Shown here one piece after another: positions 1 through 7,372 of a stretch of 32,000 nt of DNA. Each line of letters opens with the position of its first letter. Positions within the stretch are counted from its first letter, which is position 1. A program made the translations under genes and the position numbers. Under the pieces are notes generated by a model, which was not told the origin of the DNA, made no database searches, and was given only the letters and a program-made list of their open reading frames with translations. Source of the DNA: Methanocaldococcus jannaschii DSM 2661 (GTDB lineage: Archaea > AGJL01 > Methanococci > Methanococcales > Methanocaldococcaceae); assembly GCF_000091665.1 (NCBI RefSeq), contig NC_000909.1, forward strand, positions 674,048 to 706,047, written 5' to 3'.

Positions 1-877
1 ACAACATCAATTCCCTCACTCATTAAACCCTCTGCAAATGCATGAGCCATCTTTTGTGTTGAGTAGTGCATAGTATCATAAACGATAACTGCCTTATCCT
101 TAGCTGCTTTACCAGTAGCAAAGTCTTGATATGCCTTAATAACTTTCATTGGGTCTGTCCATATCTGCCCGTGTGATGGGGCAATCATTTTTATCTTTTC
201 TAATAATCCCAACTGAATAACTTCCTCAAATTTCTTTAATACAAGCTTTGACAGTGGAGTAATTAAATTAGCATAAAACTTCTGGTTTGCATCCATTAAC
301 ACATACTCTGGAATATCTTTATCAAATCTCTTGTGTGCTGGGAAGCAGAGATGCTGTCCAAATGCATCGTTTGAGAATAAAATTCCCCCTTCGTTGTAGA
401 AGGTAAACATACTATCTGGCCAGTGTAATAGAGGAGCTTCTAAGAATGTTAATGTCTTTCCTCCTAAATCAACTGTATCTCCTGTATGAACAACCTTAAA
501 TTGAGCGTCTTTTAATGATGGATAGTGCTTTTTAAGTCCCTCAACAGCTACCTCAGTACAGTATATTGGTGCATCTGGGAATTTTTTGTGTATTTCAGGG
601 AGAGCTCCACTGTGGTCTTTTTCTACGTGGTTTTGAACGATTACATCAATTTTAAATTCCCTCCCCTCTTTTTCAAATGCATCTTTTATCCTCCCCCACA
701 TTTGAGCGGAGGTTCCTGGGTATGTGTTGTCTATTAAAGCAACTTTTTCATCTCCAAAGACTAAATAGGCATTGTATGTTGTTCCTTTTAATGTGTAGCC
801 GTGATACATTCTTATGTCCCAGTCTAAAACCCCCACCCAATATACACCATCAGCTATTTTGCTGCGTCTGCTTTCAT
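1..877 (-). CDS. fprA: Flavodiiron protein A (F420H2 oxidase type), N-terminal ~292 codons; 3' end runs off the window
   Basis: Absent from the ORF track because there is no stop inside the window. My minus-strand translation from ATG at 875-877 (GGTGA box at 884-888): [40 protein letters not shown]...[15 protein letters not shown]...APSHGQIW...[23 protein letters not shown]. An HxExDH diiron motif in a metallo-beta-lactamase-like fold is followed by the start of a flavodoxin-like domain. Confidence 0.85.
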
Positions 878-1099
878 ATTTTTTCACCTTTAATTATATT
901 TGTAGTTATTAGTTATTTTATTATCAGTTATTTATTTTATTGTGTAAGTAGTATAAGAACTTAACTATTCGAATTTCAACATATCTATTTAAATACCTCT
1001 GCTAAATTTGAAAATACTATTTCACAATATAAATAAAATTTACTTAAAGATTTATATAAATTGTTTTAATTTTATTTTTCAAATATGTGTATATTGGAA

Positions 1100-1783
1100 T
1101 TATTCTTTTTTAGTATTTTTAGTAAAAGCTGAAAAAGATAATGCTCCTTTTTTACATACACTCATGCATTCAAAACATCTTATACACTCCATCTGGTCTA
1201 TTTTTTCTGTTATTTTTATCTGCATTGGACATTTTCTTTCACACAATCTACAACCTACACATTTATTTTCATCAAGTTTCAGTTTAAAGATTGAGAATCT
1301 CGCAAATATACTCAACAAAGACCCCACTGGACAAACATATCTGCAGAAGAACATTGGATAAATAAATCCTAAAACTAAAAATAAAGCCAACAGCAGATAT
1401 GCCAATGTATATCCAGAGATTTTAACTCCAGATAGGTATGCTAAAACCACTAAAATTAGCACAACATACTTAAAATAAATTAATTTATTGTGAATTTTCT
1501 CATCAACTGTTGGTAGTTTTTTTAATTTAAAGAGTTTTACCCTCAACTCATAAACTAAATTAAATAAAAATCCAAATGGACACATCCATCCACAAAAAAC
1601 CCTTCCAGCAATAAACGCCAATACTATAGCGATGATTTTTGTTATTATAGTAGCTAATATCCTATCTCCTATAATAAATCTCTTAATAAATCCTACAATA
1701 CTCAAATAAAAACCAGTAACTATTAAAGCTCTCACAAAAAATAATGTTTGAGATATTTTCCTCAATATTTGTATTTTATTCAT
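1100..1783 (-). CDS. Polyferredoxin-like integral membrane Fe-S protein (NapH/NosR-like: CGWMCP and CRYxCP motifs plus C-terminal 2x[4Fe-4S] ferredoxin domain)
   Basis: Track ORF is 1100..1840. I prefer the start at M20 (ATG 1781-1783, GGTGA at 1789-1793) because the paralog begins MDKIQILRKISQTLFF and this one then begins MNKIQILRKISQTLFF. Motifs: CGWMCPFG, CRYVCPVG, CVGCRLCERKCP, CIRCFECMSVC. Confidence 0.75.
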   Translation of the reverse strand: MNKIQILRKISQTLFFVRALIVTGFYLSIVGFIKRFIIGDRILATIITKIIAIVLAFIAGRVFCGWMCPFGFLFNLVYELRVKLFKLKKLPTVDEKIHNKLIYFKYVVLILVVLAYLSGVKISGYTLAYLLLALFLVLGFIYPMFFCRYVCPVGSLLSIFARFSIFKLKLDENKCVGCRLCERKCPMQIKITEKIDQMECIRCFECMSVCKKGALSFSAFTKNTKKE

Positions 1784-1945
1784 AAGATTCACCATAAAAC
1801 CCCAATTATCAAACTTTATAATATAAACTCTGGAATCCAAAATATAAAAAGATTTTTAGCCAGATATTTTAAAAATAGGAGGATAAAAATTAGATAAATC
1901 TAATAAAAAATTTGTATAATTGTTAATAAAAAATAGAAGTTTTTA

Positions 1946-2662
1946 TTAACTTCTCTTTTTGAATGCATAAGAAAAGGACAAGGCATCTTTTTTACAGCTA
2001 CTTTTACATTCAAAGCATCTTATACATTCCTTTTGGTCAAGTTTTTCAGTTATTTTTATTTGCATTGGACATTTAAACTCACAAAGTTTGCATTTAACAC
2101 AGTTGTTATTGGTTTTTAATTGAAAGAATGGTTTTATTGAAAATATTGATAAAAACGCTCCTAAAGGGCAGAAATATCTACAAAATGCCATCGGAACAAA
2201 GAAGGATAGGCTTAAAAAGAAAATCAATATTATAAGGGATATAACTGTTCCGTAAAGATTCGTTAAAAATCCAATTGGACAGACTTGACAGAATGCATAG
2301 ATTGAAAGATAGTAAGTTAAAACTAAAGACAGAATTAAAACAACATATCTTAAATATATCAGCTTGTTATGAACTTCCTCATTAACTGTTGGTAATTTCT
2401 TTTTCATAAATAACTTCATCCTTAATTTATACATTAGCTCAAATAAAAATCCTAATGGGCACATCCATCCGCAAAAAACCCTTCCCAATATTAAAGTTAA
2501 AACAACAATAACAACCAACTTAGCTATCAACTGTCCAACACTTCCCTTTAAAATAAACTTCTCAATTATCCCAAAAAAACATAAACAAAAACTTGTCAAA
2601 AATACAAAATAAATAAAAAATAATGTTTGAGAGATTTTCCTCAATATTTGGATTTTATCCAT
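1946..2662 (-). CDS. Polyferredoxin-like integral membrane Fe-S protein, tandem paralog of 1100..1783
   Basis: 238-aa ORF with CGWMCPLG, CRYFCPLG, CVKCKLCEFKCP and CIRCFECKSSC motifs and several hydrophobic helices. GGTGG box upstream of the ATG at 2660-2662. Confidence 0.75.
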   Translation of the reverse strand: MDKIQILRKISQTLFFIYFVFLTSFCLCFFGIIEKFILKGSVGQLIAKLVVIVVLTLILGRVFCGWMCPLGFLFELMYKLRMKLFMKKKLPTVNEEVHNKLIYLRYVVLILSLVLTYYLSIYAFCQVCPIGFLTNLYGTVISLIILIFFLSLSFFVPMAFCRYFCPLGAFLSIFSIKPFFQLKTNNNCVKCKLCEFKCPMQIKITEKLDQKECIRCFECKSSCKKDALSFSYAFKKRS

Positions 2663-2669
2663 TTACAAC

Positions 2670-2810
2670 CACCGTCCTCCACTATGTAGGTGTTTATAGA
2701 TTTTAAGTAATCTCTTGTATTGGTTCTCCCGTTCTGTCCTCTTTTAATAAGAGGACTTCATCAGGGAGCGTTCGGGGGAACGGAAACTCCCCACATCCTG
2801 ACTTTTCTTA
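2670..2810 (-). ncRNA. Candidate omega-RNA / right-end structured RNA of the TnpB element (ends not determined)
   Basis: GC-rich island spanning the tnpB stop. It has a perfect 8-bp hairpin GTCCTCTT-TTAAT-AAGAGGAC (2736-2756, stop codon in the loop) and CGTTC-GGGG-GAACG (2769-2782). GGGAG (2764-2768) can pair with CTCCC at either 2726-2730 or 2787-2791. In TnpB elements the guide RNA scaffold overlaps the 3' end of tnpB. Confidence 0.3.
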
Positions 2811-3580
2811 AATAAATTAAATGTAGCAACAACATCCCTATCAAATACTAAATTACAATTATTGCATTTTAACAACCTCTGCCCATTCGGGTCTAATTTA
2901 CACCCACATATTGGGCAGAGTTTGGACGTTCTTGAGGGATTTACATATTCAACATCTAAACCATCCCACTTTGCCTTGTACTCAATAAAAAATTGGAGTT
3001 TGGAAAAATTCCATCTGTTTAATCTTCTCCTAAAATTTTTTGATTTTTTATTAACTGCCTCCCTGATATTTGTTAAATCCTCCATTAGTATCTTTACATT
3101 GTATTTTAATGCCTCTGAAATCAGAAACTTTGAAATTTTGTGTAAGTAATCCTCAACTTTTCTTTTTTCCCTTCCAGAATATTTTTCCATGAGAGTTTTT
3201 AACTTCATTGGTTTATTGGAAAGCTTCTTTTGTATTTTCTCCCTCTTTTTTGAGAAATTCTCATGAATTCTCTTTAACTTATACACATCTAAACGGGTTG
3301 TCTTAATGACGTTTCCATCTTTATCAAAAATTGAGTATGTAATATTCTTTTCATTGATGTCAATTGTCATGATATGTTCAAAATTTTTAGGATTAACAAC
3401 TTTTTTGAATGGGATTATAATAGAATCTTTCTTAATAATCACTTCTCCAATTTTGAAGTTTCCATTTTTCCACTCTTCAATAAATTTTTTCTGATAATCA
3501 CTAACAACTAAATTTATAGTGATAAATTTTCTTGGTGCAGTGATAATTTTTATTTTATCCCCCTCGAATTTAAACAGCAT
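2744..3580 (-). CDS. tnpB: TnpB (OrfB) RNA-guided nuclease family, C-terminal part with complete RuvC-like and zinc-finger modules
   Basis: RuvC-I D in MTIDINEKN, RuvC-II E in KILMEDLTNI, zinc finger CPICGC...CNNCN, RuvC-III D in FDRDVVATFNL. The reading frame is open upstream to 3682 (SSNINLKNFRKRKRKGLTKKDKPEVKKDFVKLEE precedes the first Met). Confidence 0.85.
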   Translation of the reverse strand: MLFKFEGDKIKIITAPRKFITINLVVSDYQKKFIEEWKNGNFKIGEVIIKKDSIIIPFKKVVNPKNFEHIMTIDINEKNITYSIFDKDGNVIKTTRLDVYKLKRIHENFSKKREKIQKKLSNKPMKLKTLMEKYSGREKRKVEDYLHKISKFLISEALKYNVKILMEDLTNIREAVNKKSKNFRRRLNRWNFSKLQFFIEYKAKWDGLDVEYVNPSRTSKLCPICGCKLDPNGQRLLKCNNCNLVFDRDVVATFNLFKKSQDVGSFRSPERSLMKSSY

Positions 3581-3663
3581 TTCCTCAAGTTTTACAAAAT
3601 CTTTCTTAACTTCTGGCTTATCCTTTTTTGTTAAACCTTTCCTCTTCCTCTTTCTAAAATTTT

Positions 3664-3894
3664 TTAAATTGATGTTGCTACTCTACAAGCAGAGTGACAG
3701 TAATGAGTATGATATTTTGGATACCATTTTTCCTTCCATTCATTATATATTGCCTTTCTTAATTTTGCGTAAGAAGTAATTCCCAGCTCCATTGCCTTAT
3801 CAATGCAAAAATTAACCATTTCTTTAAAATCATATATTAACTCAACAACATCTGAATAATACTTAAATTCGATGGCTTTAATTACTTCCATCAT
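3664..3894 (-). pseudogene. tnpB: N-terminal fragment of the same tnpB, separated from the RuvC part by a frameshift
   Basis: The 76-aa ORF ends ...HYCHSACRVATSI*. The downstream tnpB frame is open from 3682, so the two frames overlap only at 3664-3682, next to an A6 run. Joined length would be about 380 aa, typical of TnpB. Confidence 0.6.
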
Positions 3895-4014
3895 CCATCA
3901 ACTCCTTTTTATAGTTTCTTTGAGTTTTTTCACCTTATGACTTCTCATTCCATACGAAAGACAGATGGTTTGCTCCCAATGAACCCAGAGGGAGTTAAGG
4001 TTGATGATTCCCAA

Positions 4015-4052
4015 GTCCAACATGGAGTTATGCCTATAACGTCATGTTGGAC
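4015..4052. repeat. Sub-terminal hairpin of the IS element (left-end side relative to tnpB)
   Basis: GTCCAACATG (4015-4024) pairs perfectly with CATGTTGGAC (4043-4052). The inner stem GTTAT/ATAAC extends it after a 2x2 internal loop. IS200/IS605 ends carry such imperfect palindromes. Confidence 0.6.
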
Positions 4053-4094
4053 AGACCCCTGTATTGAGCAGACTTAACTTATACTGATATACAG

Positions 4095-4718
4095 CTAAAA
4101 TTTGAACAACAAATCTCTTAAATTTATTGTTGAGAATAAAAAGGATACTATCTTATCCAATATTGTATTTCCCACTTTTTCATTTCCACTGTTGTTGTTA
4201 TTTAAATCTCTATTATTATCAATTGTATTGGTTGTATTTAGTTTAATCTTTCCCTCTTCAATCATACATTCAACAATAGCTTTTTTAATAACACTTGGAG
4301 GGATTCCATAAACTTCCTTAATCTCTCCAAAGGTTGTATCATCTGGAACATTAATATTCAACTTTTCCTTTAAACATTTTGGACTTATACCATATTTGTC
4401 ACAAACCTGTTTTATTGTATAGGATTTTAACTCTTTACCTGAGATACCAACATACTCATTAATCAATTCCTCTGTTAATTCTAAACTACTCACATTACTG
4501 GTCTTTATCTCTTCCTCGTTGTTTGTTGTTTTTATTGTTGTTGTGGGAGGGGGCTCACTATGGTCGCAAATTCCATTGTGGTTTGTATCAATGTATCTTC
4601 CACACTCCCCCGGATAGGTGCAATTTACCCTTCCATAAGGGCAGTCATTCCATGCAAAAGATAAGGATAAAATGGAAAAAAGCAGAAGAATTGCTACTAT
4701 TTTATTTATAATTTTCAT
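4095..4718 (-). CDS. Secreted protein with a Cys-rich N-terminal motif; function unknown
   Basis: Track ORF 4095..4727 starts at GTG. The ATG at 4716-4718 has a GGTGA box at 4724-4728. Signal-like [22 protein letters not shown] is followed by [36 protein letters not shown], then two related ~30-aa segments ([18 protein letters not shown] / [18 protein letters not shown]). Confidence 0.6.
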
Positions 4719-4723
4719 ATTCT

Positions 4724-5281
4724 TCACCTATTCATTCCCCTCTCCGTAGAACTGCTTATTATTTCTTCATATTCTTCCTTACTTATGTATTGAGGAGTAT
4801 AATTAGAACCATAATTATTAAGCATTCTAACAAATGCCCTCATGTGGTTTCTTGAACCTTTCATTAAATTTTCATAAACAAATTTTATATCCTCATTGTC
4901 TGTCTTGTTTATCCATTTTTCTAAATCAGCAATATCTAAATCTTCAATAGTAGCTCCAACTTTTAATGCATCAACTTCTGATTTATCACCTTTCTCAACT
5001 AACTTTTTATATAGTTCCTCAAATTTTGGGTTTGAAAATACTCCAATACTATCATTTTTAACTGGGTCTGGGATGTTGTATTTTTCTAAGAGATATTTAA
5101 CTGCATCCATGTGTGTTTGCTCACTTTCAGCAATGTTCTTAAATATCTGTAATTTCCATTTATTATATAGCGTTAAATAAACATCTCTCGCTAATTTCTC
5201 CTCTTCCCTCATCTCAATGAGTCCCTCTTTTTCCTCTTCACTTATTGGTTGTTTTGGTAATGAGCTTATATATTCAAGCAT
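4724..5281 (-). CDS. Ferritin-like four-helix-bundle protein, DUF2202 family
   Basis: The 185-aa ORF has paired EExxH-like motifs ([12 protein letters not shown]...[11 protein letters not shown]...[10 protein letters not shown]...GSRNHMRAF). No GGTG box precedes its ATG, unlike neighbouring genes. Confidence 0.75.
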
Positions 5282-5292
5282 TAGTGAGTCGT

Positions 5293-5490
5293 TTATATCT
5301 CATTTGAATCAACAAATCTTCCTTTTCCCGCTCCATTTCCAAGCCCATTTCCAACTTGGGTATTTTGCTGATTATTTTGAGTAGTTTGAACATTTTGAGC
5401 TGTTTCTGTATTCTGATTTACACATCCAGAGAATAAGACCAGTGAAGATATTACTAAAAATACTACCAATATCATCGCTATTTTTTTCAT
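5293..5490 (-). CDS. Small lipoprotein-like peptide (signal plus lipobox-like SGC, Q/N/G-rich tail); possibly the detached leader of the DUF2202 gene
   Basis: ATG at 5488-5490 with GGTGA at 5496-5500. Sequence MKKIAMILVVFLVISSLVLFSGCVNQNTETAQ...GNGLGNGAGKGRFVDSNEI. Confidence 0.4.
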   Translation of the reverse strand: MKKIAMILVVFLVISSLVLFSGCVNQNTETAQNVQTTQNNQQNTQVGNGLGNGAGKGRFVDSNEI

Positions 5491-5567
5491 ATTTATCACC
5501 TTTAATGGTTGAGACAATCACATACATAACCATTTACAATAAAAAATAAAAAAATGAGATGAAATAT

Positions 5568-6596
5568 TTATTGAATTGTACTGTTTATTCTCTGATGATA
5601 TATGTGTGGAGCATTAATTCCCCCAATACCTCCTCTACTAGTATTTAATTCATTAGTAAGATTATTTATATTTTGATGATAGATGTGTGAAGCATTTTTA
5701 TTTTCTTGGATTTTACCTCTTTTCATTTTACTCCACATTGGATGTAAGTGCAATTTAACCCTAACCATCTGCTCCTCCTGAAGTTGAACCATTATTCTAT
5801 ATGCTTCCTGATATCTATTCTGTTCCATTAATTGTTCAACTTCTTTCAACTTCTCCTCTAAGTCAGTGACATTAACACCCATTCTCTTCAACATGAGGAT
5901 TCTTCTTTCCATTATTCTTATTCTATTTTGTAGCATTAACTTAACTTTAACTTTTGGGATTTGTTTAATTTCAATTTTCAACCCATTCTTTTGCAATTTC
6001 AACATCAATTTTGAATAGTTACAGAATGGACAAATTGGATTTTCAATAATTTCAACTTTATTTATTCTTAATTGCAATTTTTGTGGTTCAACACTTAAAT
6101 TTACTCCATTAGTTAATAAGACTAAACAGGTTCCGTTCTTTATTAATCCCATTGTTTCATTTAAAGCAATATCATCAAATCCATGGCAAACGCAGACAGT
6201 TGTATTATTTCCAAAAGCATATCTAAATTGATTTTGGAATCTTAAGGTTACATTAGCGTTTGTTTCATATCTATTACTTCCTCCAATTCTCTCAACAGTT
6301 ATTCCAACATTCTCTAAGGCAGTTGTGTAATTTTCAACTACTGCCAAAGGTCCTCCTATAATTATTACTTTATCTGGATTTAGTGCTAATATTTCATCAA
6401 TTAAGCTTTCGTTGTAGATTCCCCATTCAGTTGTTATTACAGTAGCGTTTAAAGCATCTGCAACCTCTAAGGCAGTGCATTGGTCTGCACAGTTGTCACT
6501 TACTAAAACCACATCTGTTGCAGAAATTGATGGGATTGCTACCGCTGAAACTAACGGAATCGCCATTAGCAGTAGCAACATCAGTTTTTTCCACAT
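5568..6596 (-). CDS. Secreted protein with a cell-wall-binding-repeat-2-like N-terminal domain, coiled-coil middle and duplicated HIYHQxIN C-terminal motif
   Basis: Signal MWKKLMLLLLMAIPLVSAVA. IIIGGPLAVV...RIGGSNRYETNANV resembles the CWB2 signature. C-terminus NASHIYHQNIN...NAPHIYHQRIN. GGTGA box at 6601-6605. Confidence 0.6.
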   Translation of the reverse strand: MWKKLMLLLLMAIPLVSAVAIPSISATDVVLVSDNCADQCTALEVADALNATVITTEWGIYNESLIDEILALNPDKVIIIGGPLAVVENYTTALENVGITVERIGGSNRYETNANVTLRFQNQFRYAFGNNTTVCVCHGFDDIALNETMGLIKNGTCLVLLTNGVNLSVEPQKLQLRINKVEIIENPICPFCNYSKLMLKLQKNGLKIEIKQIPKVKVKLMLQNRIRIMERRILMLKRMGVNVTDLEEKLKEVEQLMEQNRYQEAYRIMVQLQEEQMVRVKLHLHPMWSKMKRGKIQENKNASHIYHQNINNLTNELNTSRGGIGGINAPHIYHQRINSTIQ

Positions 6597-6612
6597 TTTC
6601 TCACCTCAAATA

Positions 6613-6804
6613 TTATTTTTGTTTAAAAGGAATATAAGCTTTACTGTTATTTTTGTTATTACTTTTTAATAACCATTTAAGTGTTAGTAGGACTATAATG
6701 ATTCCTCCAATTAAAAGAATTATCCAAAATATCATCCAGAAAATCCAAATAAAAGCAAATGGAAATGGTGAAAAGAAAGCATGATGATAACAACATATTG
6801 GCAT
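6613..6804 (-). CDS. Small membrane protein with Cys/His N-terminus (MPICCYHH)
   Basis: The 63-aa ORF has a long hydrophobic stretch (FIWIFWMIFWIILLIGGIIIVLL) and a GGTG about 7 nt upstream of the ATG. It is embedded in a co-directional operon. Confidence 0.45.
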   Translation of the reverse strand: MPICCYHHAFFSPFPFAFIWIFWMIFWIILLIGGIIIVLLTLKWLLKSNNKNNSKAYIPFKQK

Positions 6805-6837
6805 ATGTCACACCATAAATATTTTATTTTTTTGTTA

Positions 6838-7248
6838 TTATTGTTGCCAGCAACAACATCCACAATGGCAATGACATCCATATCCTCCTCTCATCCCATA
6901 TCCGTAATGAGAGGCAGGATGATTCGTAAAGATGAATCCAACCAATTCTCTGTCATAGTATAGAGGATACTTCTCACCAAATGGTGTATTGAATGGCTCT
7001 CCAACCTCTAATTTACTTAAATCAACATCTTTCCATAAAACTCCAACTATTTTCCCATCTATCTCCAAGTGAGAGAGGTTATAACCAAACGGTGTTGTGT
7101 GCTGAACAACCTCTGCAGTTTTTAAAATATCAACTGGATTTATATCTGTATTTTCAGTTGTCTGAGTTTGATATGCCATCCATGGTGGAAAGGCATAAGC
7201 CATGCCTATCAATGCAATTCCCAATATTACCATTAATAGTTTTTTCAT
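6838..7248 (-). CDS. Secreted protein with Gly/Tyr and Cys/His-rich C-terminal tail
   Basis: Signal MKKLLMVILGIALIGMAYA. The tail is HPASHYGYGMRGGYGCHCHCGCCCWQQ. GGTGA box at 7252-7256. Confidence 0.6.
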   Translation of the reverse strand: MKKLLMVILGIALIGMAYAFPPWMAYQTQTTENTDINPVDILKTAEVVQHTTPFGYNLSHLEIDGKIVGVLWKDVDLSKLEVGEPFNTPFGEKYPLYYDRELVGFIFTNHPASHYGYGMRGGYGCHCHCGCCCWQQ

Positions 7249-7372
7249 TTTTTCACCTGAAGGGTAGTTATAGTATATGTATCTTTTTAACTACATATAG
7301 TAGTGTAAGAAAACAAATATATAAATTTTACTAAGTTGTGAAAATTATTGCACAACCATGAAAATAAAAAAT

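Larger units (their letters stand above)
2663..4094 (-). mobile_element. IS200/IS605-family element of the TnpB-only (IS1341-like) type; boundaries approximate
   Basis: Split tnpB (2744..3580 plus 3664..3894) with no tnpA. GC-rich structured segments lie at both ends, inside otherwise AT-rich DNA. A long hairpin sits at 4015-4052. The element fills the whole gap between the gene ending at 4095 and the gene starting at 2662. Confidence 0.6.

Noticed and set aside
3664-3682. Programmed -1 ribosomal frameshift joining the two tnpB ORFs
   Set aside because: No X XXY YYZ slippery heptamer lies in the upstream zero frame; UUUAAAA is in the wrong phase. No obvious downstream stimulatory structure was seen either. 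A simple indel or sequencing error is more economical.
3999-4090. C/D-box sRNA-like signals (TTGATGA at 4001-4007, CTGA at 4084-4087)
   Set aside because: The box spacing of about 80 nt is too long for archaeal C/D sRNAs. No C'/D' boxes or terminal stem are evident, and the interval is dominated by the IS-end hairpin.
7281-7354. Short palindromes upstream of the six-gene operon (TATATGTA/TACATATA; TTGTG-N10-CACAA) as metal-regulator operators
   Set aside because: The arms are only 5-8 bp in very A+T-rich DNA. There are no repeated copies elsewhere in the window and no adjacent regulator gene, so this is too weak to report as a site.
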